DNA of 36,016 bases. Origin: Escherichia phage T7. This document shows positions 19,046-29,600 of this stretch, piece after piece (position 1 is the first letter of the stretch; each line of letters opens with the position of its first letter). Position numbers and translations under genes: made by a program. The notes beneath the pieces were generated by a model. The model made no database searches, was not told the origin of the DNA, and was given only the letters and a program-made list of their open reading frames with translations. The stretch lies in sequence record PV223880.1; one strand, 5' to 3'.

Positions 19046-20083
19046 ATGGCTAGCATGACTGGTGGACAGCAAATGGGTACTAACCAAGGTAAAGGTGTAG
19101 TTGCTGCTGGAGATAAACTGGCGTTGTTCTTGAAGGTATTTGGCGGTGAAGTCCTGACTGCGTTCGCTCGTACCTCCGTGACCACTTCTCGCCACATGGT
19201 ACGTTCCATCTCCAGCGGTAAATCCGCTCAGTTCCCTGTTCTGGGTCGCACTCAGGCAGCGTATCTGGCTCCGGGCGAGAACCTCGACGATAAACGTAAG
19301 GACATCAAACACACCGAGAAGGTAATCACCATTGACGGTCTCCTGACGGCTGACGTTCTGATTTATGATATTGAGGACGCGATGAACCACTACGACGTTC
19401 GCTCTGAGTATACCTCTCAGTTGGGTGAATCTCTGGCGATGGCTGCGGATGGTGCGGTTCTGGCTGAGATTGCCGGTCTGTGTAACGTGGAAAGCAAATA
19501 TAATGAGAACATCGAGGGCTTAGGTACTGCTACCGTAATTGAGACCACTCAGAACAAGGCCGCACTTACCGACCAAGTTGCGCTGGGTAAGGAGATTATT
19601 GCGGCTCTGACTAAGGCTCGTGCGGCTCTGACCAAGAACTATGTTCCGGCTGCTGACCGTGTGTTCTACTGTGACCCAGATAGCTACTCTGCGATTCTGG
19701 CAGCACTGATGCCGAACGCAGCAAACTACGCTGCTCTGATTGACCCTGAGAAGGGTTCTATCCGCAACGTTATGGGCTTTGAGGTTGTAGAAGTTCCGCA
19801 CCTCACCGCTGGTGGTGCTGGTACCGCTCGTGAGGGCACTACTGGTCAGAAGCACGTCTTCCCTGCCAATAAAGGTGAGGGTAATGTCAAGGTTGCTAAG
19901 GACAACGTTATCGGCCTGTTCATGCACCGCTCTGCGGTAGGTACTGTTAAGCTGCGTGACTTGGCTCTGGAGCGCGCTCGCCGTGCTAACTTCCAAGCGG
20001 ACCAGATTATCGCTAAGTACGCAATGGGCCACGGTGGTCTTCGCCCAGAAGCTGCTGGTGCAGTGGTTTTCAAAGTGGAGTAA
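19046..20083 (+). CDS. 10A: Major capsid protein 10A, 345 aa
   Basis: MASMTGGQQMGTNQGKGVVAAGDKLALFLKVFGGEV... ends KVE*. Confidence 0.98.
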   Translation: MASMTGGQQMGTNQGKGVVAAGDKLALFLKVFGGEVLTAFARTSVTTSRHMVRSISSGKSAQFPVLGRTQAAYLAPGENLDDKRKDIKHTEKVITIDGLLTADVLIYDIEDAMNHYDVRSEYTSQLGESLAMAADGAVLAEIAGLCNVESKYNENIEGLGTATVIETTQNKAALTDQVALGKEIIAALTKARAALTKNYVPAADRVFYCDPDSYSAILAALMPNAANYAALIDPEKGSIRNVMGFEVVEVPHLTAGGAGTAREGTTGQKHVFPANKGEGNVKVAKDNVIGLFMHRSAVGTVKLRDLALERARRANFQADQIIAKYAMGHGGLRPEAAGAVVFKVE

Positions 20084-20241
20084 TGCTGGGGGTGGCCTCA
20101 ACGGTCGCTGCTAGTCCCGAAGAGGCGAGTGTTACTTCAACAGAAGAAACCTTAACGCCAGCACAGAAGGCCGCACGCACCCGCGCTGCTAACAAAGCCC
20201 GAAAGGAAGCTGAGTTGACTGCTGCCACCGCTGAGCAATAA
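19046..20241 (+). CDS. 10B: Minor capsid protein 10B, made by -1 ribosomal frameshift near the 3' end of 10A
   Basis: Slippery ggttttc at 20065-20071; -1 frame continues ...QSGVMLGVASTVAASPEEASVTSTEETLTPAQKAARTRAANKARKEAELTAATAEQ* to stop at 20239-20241. Confidence 0.85.
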
Positions 20242-20244
20242 CTA

Positions 20245-20290
20245 GCATAACCCCTTGGGGCCTCTAAACGGGTCTTGAGGGGTTTTTTGC
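20245..20290 (+). terminator. Tphi: T7 RNAP terminator Tphi
   Basis: ccccttggggcctctaaacgggtcttgaggggttttttg hairpin plus U-run. Confidence 0.95.
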
Positions 20291-20306
20291 TGAAAGGAGG
20301 AACTAT

Positions 20307-20897
20307 ATGCGCTCATGCGATATGAACGTTGAGACTGCCGCTGAGTTATCAGCTGTGAACGACATTCTGGCGTCTATCGGTGAACCTCCGGTATCAACGC
20401 TGGAAGGTGACGCTAACGCAGATGTAGCGAACGCTCGGCGTATTCTCAACAAGATTAACCGACAGATTCAATCTCGTGGATGGACGTTCAACATTGAGGA
20501 AGGCATAACGCTACTACCTGATGTTTACTCCAACCTGATTGTATACAGTGACGACTATTTATCCCTAATGTCTACTTCCGGTCAATCCATCTACGTTAAC
20601 CGAGGTGGCTATGTGTATGACCGAACGAGTCAATCAGACCGCTTTGACTCTGGTATTACTGTGAACATTATTCGTCTCCGCGACTACGATGAGATGCCTG
20701 AGTGCTTCCGTTACTGGATTGTCACCAAGGCTTCCCGTCAGTTCAACAACCGATTCTTTGGGGCACCGGAAGTAGAGGGTGTACTCCAAGAAGAGGAAGA
20801 TGAGGCTAGACGTCTCTGCATGGAGTATGAGATGGACTACGGTGGGTACAATATGCTGGATGGAGATGCGTTCACTTCTGGTCTACTGACTCGCTAA
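20307..20897 (+). CDS. 11: Tail tubular protein A (gene 11), 196 aa
   Basis: [35 protein letters not shown]... Confidence 0.95.
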   Translation: MRSCDMNVETAAELSAVNDILASIGEPPVSTLEGDANADVANARRILNKINRQIQSRGWTFNIEEGITLLPDVYSNLIVYSDDYLSLMSTSGQSIYVNRGGYVYDRTSQSDRFDSGITVNIIRLRDYDEMPECFRYWIVTKASRQFNNRFFGAPEVEGVLQEEEDEARRLCMEYEMDYGGYNMLDGDAFTSGLLTR

Positions 20898-20920
20898 CAT
20901 TAATAAATAAGGAGGCTCTA

Positions 20921-23305
20921 ATGGCACTCATTAGCCAATCAATCAAGAACTTGAAGGGTGGTATCAGCCAACAGCCTGACATCCTTCGTTATCCAGACCA
21001 AGGGTCACGCCAAGTTAACGGTTGGTCTTCGGAGACCGAGGGCCTCCAAAAGCGTCCACCTCTTGTTTTCTTAAATACACTTGGAGACAACGGTGCGTTA
21101 GGTCAAGCTCCGTACATCCACCTGATTAACCGAGATGAGCACGAACAGTATTACGCTGTGTTCACTGGTAGCGGAATCCGAGTGTTCGACCTTTCTGGTA
21201 ACGAGAAGCAAGTTAGGTATCCTAACGGTTCCAACTACATCAAGACCGCTAATCCACGTAACGACCTGCGAATGGTTACTGTAGCAGACTATACGTTCAT
21301 CGTTAACCGTAACGTTGTTGCACAGAAGAACACAAAGTCTGTCAACTTACCGAATTACAACCCTAATCAAGACGGATTGATTAACGTTCGTGGTGGTCAG
21401 TATGGTAGGGAACTAATTGTACACATTAACGGTAAAGACGTTGCGAAGTATAAGATACCAGATGGTAGTCAACCTGAACACGTAAACAATACGGATGCCC
21501 AATGGTTAGCTGAAGAGTTAGCCAAGCAGATGCGCACTAACTTGTCTGATTGGACTGTAAATGTAGGGCAAGGGTTCATCCATGTGACCGCACCTAGTGG
21601 TCAACAGATTGACTCCTTCACGACTAAAGATGGCTACGCAGACCAGTTGATTAACCCTGTGACCCACTACGCTCAGTCGTTCTCTAAGCTGCCACCTAAT
21701 GCTCCTAACGGCTACATGGTGAAAATCGTAGGGGACGCCTCTAAGTCTGCCGACCAGTATTACGTTCGGTATGACGCTGAGCGGAAAGTTTGGACTGAGA
21801 CTTTAGGTTGGAACACTGAGGACCAAGTTCTATGGGAAACCATGCCACACGCTCTTGTGCGAGCCGCTGACGGTAATTTCGACTTCAAGTGGCTTGAGTG
21901 GTCTCCTAAGTCTTGTGGTGACGTTGACACCAACCCTTGGCCTTCTTTTGTTGGTTCAAGTATTAACGATGTGTTCTTCTTCCGTAACCGCTTAGGATTC
22001 CTTAGTGGGGAGAACATCATATTGAGTCGTACAGCCAAATACTTCAACTTCTACCCTGCGTCCATTGCGAACCTTAGTGATGACGACCCTATAGACGTAG
22101 CTGTGAGTACCAACCGAATAGCAATCCTTAAGTACGCCGTTCCGTTCTCAGAAGAGTTACTCATCTGGTCCGATGAAGCACAATTCGTCCTGACTGCCTC
22201 GGGTACTCTCACATCTAAGTCGGTTGAGTTGAACCTAACGACCCAGTTTGACGTACAGGACCGAGCGAGACCTTTTGGGATTGGGCGTAATGTCTACTTT
22301 GCTAGTCCGAGGTCCAGCTTCACGTCCATCCACAGGTACTACGCTGTGCAGGATGTCAGTTCCGTTAAGAATGCTGAGGACATTACATCACACGTTCCTA
22401 ACTACATCCCTAATGGTGTGTTCAGTATTTGCGGAAGTGGTACGGAAAACTTCTGTTCGGTACTATCTCACGGGGACCCTAGTAAAATCTTCATGTACAA
22501 ATTCCTGTACCTGAACGAAGAGTTAAGGCAACAGTCGTGGTCTCATTGGGACTTTGGGGAAAACGTACAGGTTCTAGCTTGTCAGAGTATCAGCTCAGAT
22601 ATGTATGTGATTCTTCGCAATGAGTTCAATACGTTCCTAGCTAGAATCTCTTTCACTAAGAACGCCATTGACTTACAGGGAGAACCCTATCGTGCCTTTA
22701 TGGACATGAAGATTCGATACACGATTCCTAGTGGAACATACAACGATGACACATTCACTACCTCTATTCATATTCCAACAATTTATGGTGCAAACTTCGG
22801 GAGGGGCAAAATCACTGTATTGGAGCCTGATGGTAAGATAACCGTGTTTGAGCAACCTACGGCTGGGTGGAATAGCGACCCTTGGCTGAGACTCAGCGGT
22901 AACTTGGAGGGACGCATGGTGTACATTGGGTTCAACATTAACTTCGTATATGAGTTCTCTAAGTTCCTCATCAAGCAGACTGCCGACGACGGGTCTACCT
23001 CCACGGAAGACATTGGGCGCTTACAGTTACGCCGAGCGTGGGTTAACTACGAGAACTCTGGTACGTTTGACATTTATGTTGAGAACCAATCGTCTAACTG
23101 GAAGTACACAATGACTGGTGCCCGATTAGGCTCTAACACTCTGAGGGCTGGGAGACTGAACTTAGGGACCGGACAATATCGATTCCCTGTGGTTGGTAAC
23201 GCCAAGTTCAACACTGTATACATCTTGTCAGATGAGACTACCCCTCTGAACATCATTGGGTGTGGCTGGGAAGGTAACTACTTACGGAGAAGTTCCGGTA
23301 TTTAA
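20921..23305 (+). CDS. 12: Tail tubular protein B (gene 12), 794 aa
   Basis: MALISQSIKNLKGGISQQPDILRYPDQGSRQVNGW... Confidence 0.97.
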   Translation: MALISQSIKNLKGGISQQPDILRYPDQGSRQVNGWSSETEGLQKRPPLVFLNTLGDNGALGQAPYIHLINRDEHEQYYAVFTGSGIRVFDLSGNEKQVRYPNGSNYIKTANPRNDLRMVTVADYTFIVNRNVVAQKNTKSVNLPNYNPNQDGLINVRGGQYGRELIVHINGKDVAKYKIPDGSQPEHVNNTDAQWLAEELAKQMRTNLSDWTVNVGQGFIHVTAPSGQQIDSFTTKDGYADQLINPVTHYAQSFSKLPPNAPNGYMVKIVGDASKSADQYYVRYDAERKVWTETLGWNTEDQVLWETMPHALVRAADGNFDFKWLEWSPKSCGDVDTNPWPSFVGSSINDVFFFRNRLGFLSGENIILSRTAKYFNFYPASIANLSDDDPIDVAVSTNRIAILKYAVPFSEELLIWSDEAQFVLTASGTLTSKSVELNLTTQFDVQDRARPFGIGRNVYFASPRSSFTSIHRYYAVQDVSSVKNAEDITSHVPNYIPNGVFSICGSGTENFCSVLSHGDPSKIFMYKFLYLNEELRQQSWSHWDFGENVQVLACQSISSDMYVILRNEFNTFLARISFTKNAIDLQGEPYRAFMDMKIRYTIPSGTYNDDTFTTSIHIPTIYGANFGRGKITVLEPDGKITVFEQPTAGWNSDPWLRLSGNLEGRMVYIGFNINFVYEFSKFLIKQTADDGSTSTEDIGRLQLRRAWVNYENSGTFDIYVENQSSNWKYTMTGARLGSNTLRAGRLNLGTGQYRFPVVGNAKFNTVYILSDETTPLNIIGCGWEGNYLRRSSGI

Positions 23306-23335
23306 TTAAATATTCTCCCTGTGGTGGCTCGAAAT

Positions 23336-23358
23336 TAATACGACTCACTATAGGGAGA
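23336..23358 (+). promoter_or_regulatory. phi13: T7 RNAP class III promoter phi13
   Basis: taatacgactcactatagggaga. Confidence 0.95.
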
Positions 23359-23385
23359 ACAATACGACTACGGGAGGGTTTTCTT

Positions 23386-23802
23386 ATGATGACTATAAGA
23401 CCTACTAAAAGTACAGACTTTGAGGTATTCACTCCGGCTCACCATGACATTCTTGAAGCTAAGGCTGCTGGTATTGAGCCGAGTTTCCCTGATGCTTCCG
23501 AGTGTGTCACGTTGAGCCTCTATGGGTTCCCTCTAGCTATCGGTGGTAACTGCGGGGACCAGTGCTGGTTCGTTACGAGCGACCAAGTGTGGCGACTTAG
23601 TGGAAAGGCTAAGCGAAAGTTCCGTAAGTTAATCATGGAGTATCGCGATAAGATGCTTGAGAAGTATGATACTCTTTGGAATTACGTATGGGTAGGCAAT
23701 ACGTCCCACATTCGTTTCCTCAAGACTATCGGTGCGGTATTCCATGAAGAGTACACACGAGATGGTCAATTTCAGTTATTTACAATCACGAAAGGAGGAT
23801 AA
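23386..23802 (+). CDS. 13: Internal virion protein A (gene 13), 138 aa
   Basis: MMTIRPTKSTDFEVFTPAHHDILEAKAAGIEPSF... Confidence 0.93.
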   Translation: MMTIRPTKSTDFEVFTPAHHDILEAKAAGIEPSFPDASECVTLSLYGFPLAIGGNCGDQCWFVTSDQVWRLSGKAKRKFRKLIMEYRDKMLEKYDTLWNYVWVGNTSHIRFLKTIGAVFHEEYTRDGQFQLFTITKGG

Positions 23803-23806
23803 CCAT

Positions 23807-24397
23807 ATGTGTTGGGCAGCCGCAATACCTATCGCTATATCTGGCGCTCAGGCTATCAGTGATCAGAACGCTCAGGCCAAAATGATTGCCGCTCAGACCG
23901 CTGCTGGTCGTCGTCAAGCTATGGAAATCATGAGGCAGACGAACATCCAGAATGCTGACCTATCGTTGTCAGCTCGAAGTAAACTTGAGGAAGCGTCCGC
24001 CGAGTTGACCTCACAGAACATGCAGAAGGTCCAAGCTATTGGGTCTATCCGAGCGGCTATCGGAGAGAGTATGCTTGAAGGTTCCTCAATGGACCGCATT
24101 AAGCGAGTCACAGAAGGACAGTTCATTCGGGAAGCCAATATGGTAACTGAGAACTATCGCCGTGACTACCAAGCAATCTTCGCACAGCAACTTGGTGGTA
24201 CTCAAAGTGCTGCAAGTCAGATTGACGAAATCTATAAGAGCGAACAGAAACAGAAGAGTAAGCTACAGATGGTTCTGGACCCACTGGCTATCATGGGGTC
24301 TTCCGCTGCGAGTGCTTACGCATCCGGTGCGTTCGACTCTAAGTCCACAACTAAGGCACCTATTGTTGCCGCTAAAGGAACCAAGACGGGGAGGTAA
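23807..24397 (+). CDS. 14: Internal core protein B (gene 14), 196 aa
   Basis: ATG at 23807 after aaaggagga RBS; MCWAAAIPIAISGAQAISDQNAQAKMIAAQTAAGRRQ... Confidence 0.93.
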   Translation: MCWAAAIPIAISGAQAISDQNAQAKMIAAQTAAGRRQAMEIMRQTNIQNADLSLSARSKLEEASAELTSQNMQKVQAIGSIRAAIGESMLEGSSMDRIKRVTEGQFIREANMVTENYRRDYQAIFAQQLGGTQSAASQIDEIYKSEQKQKSKLQMVLDPLAIMGSSAASAYASGAFDSKSTTKAPIVAAKGTKTGR

Positions 24398-24403
24398 TGA
24401 GCT

Positions 24404-26647
24404 ATGAGTAAAATTGAATCTGCCCTTCAAGCGGCACAACCGGGACTCTCTCGGTTACGTGGTGGTGCTGGAGGTATGGGCTATCGTGCAGCAACCACTC
24501 AGGCCGAACAGCCAAGGTCAAGCCTATTGGACACCATTGGTCGGTTCGCTAAGGCTGGTGCCGATATGTATACCGCTAAGGAACAACGAGCACGAGACCT
24601 AGCTGATGAACGCTCTAACGAGATTATCCGTAAGCTGACCCCTGAGCAACGTCGAGAAGCTCTCAACAACGGGACCCTTCTGTATCAGGATGACCCATAC
24701 GCTATGGAAGCACTCCGAGTCAAGACTGGTCGTAACGCTGCGTATCTTGTGGACGATGACGTTATGCAGAAGATAAAAGAGGGTGTCTTCCGTACTCGCG
24801 AAGAGATGGAAGAGTATCGCCATAGTCGCCTTCAAGAGGGCGCTAAGGTATACGCTGAGCAGTTCGGCATCGACCCTGAGGACGTTGATTATCAGCGTGG
24901 TTTCAACGGGGACATTACCGAGCGTAACATCTCGCTGTATGGTGCGCATGATAACTTCTTGAGCCAGCAAGCTCAGAAGGGCGCTATCATGAACAGCCGA
25001 GTGGAACTCAACGGTGTCCTTCAAGACCCTGATATGCTGCGTCGTCCAGACTCTGCTGACTTCTTTGAGAAGTATATCGACAACGGTCTGGTTACTGGCG
25101 CAATCCCATCTGATGCTCAAGCCACACAGCTTATAAGCCAAGCGTTCAGTGACGCTTCTAGCCGTGCTGGTGGTGCTGACTTCCTGATGCGAGTCGGTGA
25201 CAAGAAGGTAACACTTAACGGAGCCACTACGACTTACCGAGAGTTGATTGGTGAGGAACAGTGGAACGCTCTCATGGTCACAGCACAACGTTCTCAGTTT
25301 GAGACTGACGCGAAGCTGAACGAGCAGTATCGCTTGGAGATTAACTCTGCGCTGAACCAAGAGGACCCAAGGACAGCTTGGGAGATGCTTCAAGGTATCA
25401 AGGCTGAACTAGATAAGGTCCAACCTGATGAGCAGATGACACCACAACGTGAGTGGCTAATCTCCGCACAGGAACAAGTTCAGAATCAGATGAACGCATG
25501 GACGAAAGCTCAGGCCAAGGCTCTGGACGATTCCATGAAGTCAATGAACAAACTTGACGTAATCGACAAGCAATTCCAGAAGCGAATCAACGGTGAGTGG
25601 GTCTCAACGGATTTTAAGGATATGCCAGTCAACGAGAACACTGGTGAGTTCAAGCATAGCGATATGGTTAACTACGCCAATAAGAAGCTCGCTGAGATTG
25701 ACAGTATGGACATTCCAGACGGTGCCAAGGATGCTATGAAGTTGAAGTACCTTCAAGCGGACTCTAAGGACGGAGCATTCCGTACAGCCATCGGAACCAT
25801 GGTCACTGACGCTGGTCAAGAGTGGTCTGCCGCTGTGATTAACGGTAAGTTACCAGAACGAACCCCAGCTATGGATGCTCTGCGCAGAATCCGCAATGCT
25901 GACCCTCAGTTGATTGCTGCGCTATACCCAGACCAAGCTGAGCTATTCCTGACGATGGACATGATGGACAAGCAGGGTATTGACCCTCAGGTTATTCTTG
26001 ATGCCGACCGACTGACTGTTAAGCGGTCCAAAGAGCAACGCTTTGAGGATGATAAAGCATTCGAGTCTGCACTGAATGCATCTAAGGCTCCTGAGATTGC
26101 CCGTATGCCAGCGTCACTGCGCGAATCTGCACGTAAGATTTATGACTCCGTTAAGTATCGCTCGGGGAACGAAAGCATGGCTATGGAGCAGATGACCAAG
26201 TTCCTTAAGGAATCTACCTACACGTTCACTGGTGATGATGTTGACGGTGATACCGTTGGTGTGATTCCTAAGAATATGATGCAGGTTAACTCTGACCCGA
26301 AATCATGGGAGCAAGGTCGGGATATTCTGGAGGAAGCACGTAAGGGAATCATTGCGAGCAACCCTTGGATAACCAATAAGCAACTGACCATGTATTCTCA
26401 AGGTGACTCCATTTACCTTATGGACACCACAGGTCAAGTCAGAGTCCGATACGACAAAGAGTTACTCTCGAAGGTCTGGAGTGAGAACCAGAAGAAACTC
26501 GAAGAGAAAGCTCGTGAGAAGGCTCTGGCTGATGTGAACAAGCGAGCACCTATAGTTGCCGCTACGAAGGCCCGTGAAGCTGCTGCTAAACGAGTCCGAG
26601 AGAAACGTAAACAGACTCCTAAGTTCATCTACGGACGTAAGGAGTAA
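24404..26647 (+). CDS. 15: Internal core protein C (gene 15), 747 aa
   Basis: MSKIESALQAAQPGLSRLRGGAGGMGYRAATTQAEQ... Confidence 0.97.
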   Translation: MSKIESALQAAQPGLSRLRGGAGGMGYRAATTQAEQPRSSLLDTIGRFAKAGADMYTAKEQRARDLADERSNEIIRKLTPEQRREALNNGTLLYQDDPYAMEALRVKTGRNAAYLVDDDVMQKIKEGVFRTREEMEEYRHSRLQEGAKVYAEQFGIDPEDVDYQRGFNGDITERNISLYGAHDNFLSQQAQKGAIMNSRVELNGVLQDPDMLRRPDSADFFEKYIDNGLVTGAIPSDAQATQLISQAFSDASSRAGGADFLMRVGDKKVTLNGATTTYRELIGEEQWNALMVTAQRSQFETDAKLNEQYRLEINSALNQEDPRTAWEMLQGIKAELDKVQPDEQMTPQREWLISAQEQVQNQMNAWTKAQAKALDDSMKSMNKLDVIDKQFQKRINGEWVSTDFKDMPVNENTGEFKHSDMVNYANKKLAEIDSMDIPDGAKDAMKLKYLQADSKDGAFRTAIGTMVTDAGQEWSAAVINGKLPERTPAMDALRRIRNADPQLIAALYPDQAELFLTMDMMDKQGIDPQVILDADRLTVKRSKEQRFEDDKAFESALNASKAPEIARMPASLRESARKIYDSVKYRSGNESMAMEQMTKFLKESTYTFTGDDVDGDTVGVIPKNMMQVNSDPKSWEQGRDILEEARKGIIASNPWITNKQLTMYSQGDSIYLMDTTGQVRVRYDKELLSKVWSENQKKLEEKAREKALADVNKRAPIVAATKAREAAAKRVREKRKQTPKFIYGRKE

Positions 26648-26673
26648 CTAAAGGCTACATAAGGAGGCCCTAA

Positions 26674-29600
26674 ATGGATAAGTACGATAAGAACGTACCA
26701 AGTGATTATGATGGTCTGTTCCAAAAGGCTGCTGATGCCAACGGGGTCTCTTATGACCTTTTACGTAAAGTCGCTTGGACAGAATCACGATTTGTGCCTA
26801 CAGCAAAATCTAAGACTGGACCATTAGGCATGATGCAATTTACCAAGGCAACCGCTAAGGCCCTCGGTCTGCGAGTTACCGATGGTCCAGACGACGACCG
26901 ACTGAACCCTGAGTTAGCTATTAATGCTGCCGCTAAGCAACTTGCAGGTCTGGTAGGGAAGTTTGATGGCGATGAACTCAAAGCTGCCCTTGCGTACAAC
27001 CAAGGCGAGGGACGCTTGGGTAATCCACAACTTGAGGCGTACTCTAAGGGAGACTTCGCATCAATCTCTGAGGAGGGACGTAACTACATGCGTAACCTTC
27101 TGGATGTTGCTAAGTCACCTATGGCTGGACAGTTGGAAACTTTTGGTGGCATAACCCCAAAGGGTAAAGGCATTCCGGCTGAGGTAGGATTGGCTGGAAT
27201 TGGTCACAAGCAGAAAGTAACACAGGAACTTCCTGAGTCCACAAGTTTTGACGTTAAGGGTATCGAACAGGAGGCTACGGCGAAACCATTCGCCAAGGAC
27301 TTTTGGGAGACCCACGGAGAAACACTTGACGAGTACAACAGTCGTTCAACCTTCTTCGGATTCAAAAATGCTGCCGAAGCTGAACTCTCCAACTCAGTCG
27401 CTGGGATGGCTTTCCGTGCTGGTCGTCTCGATAATGGTTTTGATGTGTTTAAAGACACCATTACGCCGACTCGCTGGAACTCTCACATCTGGACTCCAGA
27501 GGAGTTAGAGAAGATTCGAACAGAGGTTAAGAACCCTGCGTACATCAACGTTGTAACTGGTGGTTCCCCTGAGAACCTCGATGACCTCATTAAATTGGCT
27601 AACGAGAACTTTGAGAATGACTCCCGCGCTGCCGAGGCTGGCCTAGGTGCCAAACTGAGTGCTGGTATTATTGGTGCTGGTGTGGACCCGCTTAGCTATG
27701 TTCCTATGGTCGGTGTCACTGGTAAGGGCTTTAAGTTAATCAATAAGGCTCTTGTAGTTGGTGCCGAAAGTGCTGCTCTGAACGTTGCATCCGAAGGTCT
27801 CCGTACCTCCGTAGCTGGTGGTGACGCAGACTATGCGGGTGCTGCCTTAGGTGGCTTTGTGTTTGGCGCTGGCATGTCTGCAATCAGTGACGCTGTAGCT
27901 GCTGGACTGAAACGCAGTAAACCAGAAGCTGAGTTCGACAATGAGTTCATCGGTCCTATGATGCGATTGGAAGCCCGTGAGACAGCACGAAACGCCAACT
28001 CTGCGGACCTCTCTCGGATGAACACTGAGAACATGAAGTTTGAAGGTGAACATAATGGTGTCCCTTATGAGGACTTACCAACAGAGAGAGGTGCCGTGGT
28101 GTTACATGATGGCTCCGTTCTAAGTGCAAGCAACCCAATCAACCCTAAGACTCTAAAAGAGTTCTCCGAGGTTGACCCTGAGAAGGCTGCGCGAGGAATC
28201 AAACTGGCTGGGTTCACCGAGATTGGCTTGAAGACCTTGGGGTCTGACGATGCTGACATCCGTAGAGTGGCTATCGACCTCGTTCGCTCTCCTACTGGTA
28301 TGCAGTCTGGTGCCTCAGGTAAGTTCGGTGCAACAGCTTCTGACATCCATGAGAGACTTCATGGTACTGACCAGCGTACTTATAATGACTTGTACAAAGC
28401 AATGTCTGACGCTATGAAAGACCCTGAGTTCTCTACTGGCGGCGCTAAGATGTCCCGTGAAGAAACTCGATACACTATCTACCGTAGAGCGGCACTAGCT
28501 ATTGAGCGTCCAGAACTACAGAAGGCACTCACTCCGTCTGAGAGAATCGTTATGGACATCATTAAGCGTCACTTTGACACCAAGCGTGAACTTATGGAAA
28601 ACCCAGCAATATTCGGTAACACAAAGGCTGTGAGTATCTTCCCTGAGAGTCGCCACAAAGGTACTTACGTTCCTCACGTATATGACCGTCATGCCAAGGC
28701 GCTGATGATTCAACGCTACGGTGCCGAAGGTTTGCAGGAAGGGATTGCCCGCTCATGGATGAACAGCTACGTCTCCAGACCTGAGGTCAAGGCCAGAGTC
28801 GATGAGATGCTTAAGGAATTACACGGGGTGAAGGAAGTAACACCAGAGATGGTAGAGAAGTACGCTATGGATAAGGCTTATGGTATCTCCCACTCAGACC
28901 AGTTCACCAACAGTTCCATAATAGAAGAGAACATTGAGGGCTTAGTAGGTATCGAGAATAACTCATTCCTTGAGGCACGTAACTTGTTTGATTCGGACCT
29001 ATCCATCACTATGCCAGACGGACAGCAATTCTCAGTGAATGACCTAAGGGACTTCGATATGTTCCGCATCATGCCAGCGTATGACCGCCGTGTCAATGGT
29101 GACATCGCCATCATGGGGTCTACTGGTAAAACCACTAAGGAACTTAAGGATGAGATTTTGGCTCTCAAAGCGAAAGCTGAGGGAGACGGTAAGAAGACTG
29201 GCGAGGTACATGCTTTAATGGATACCGTTAAGATTCTTACTGGTCGTGCTAGACGCAATCAGGACACTGTGTGGGAAACCTCACTGCGTGCCATCAATGA
29301 CCTAGGGTTCTTCGCTAAGAACGCCTACATGGGTGCTCAGAACATTACGGAGATTGCTGGGATGATTGTCACTGGTAACGTTCGTGCTCTAGGGCATGGT
29401 ATCCCAATTCTGCGTGATACACTCTACAAGTCTAAACCAGTTTCAGCTAAGGAACTCAAGGAACTCCATGCGTCTCTGTTCGGGAAGGAGGTGGACCAGT
29501 TGATTCGGCCTAAACGTGCTGACATTGTGCAGCGCCTAAGGGAAGCAACTGATACCGGACCTGCCGTGGCGAACATCGTAGGGACCTTGAAGTATTCAAC

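Noticed and set aside
18961-19120. Sequence identical to the T7 promoter / RBS / T7-tag (MASMTGGQQMG) cassette of pET expression vectors, which could suggest cloning-vector contamination
   Set aside because: It is the native phi10 promoter and gene 10 leader: the ORF continues as the full 345-aa capsid gene with the 10B frameshift, flanked by gene 9 upstream and Tphi and gene 11 downstream.
24599-25393. 264-aa minus-strand ORF inside gene 15
   Set aside because: Antisense to a full-length structural gene; no promoter or RBS; long antisense ORFs arise by chance in this GC-balanced coding sequence.
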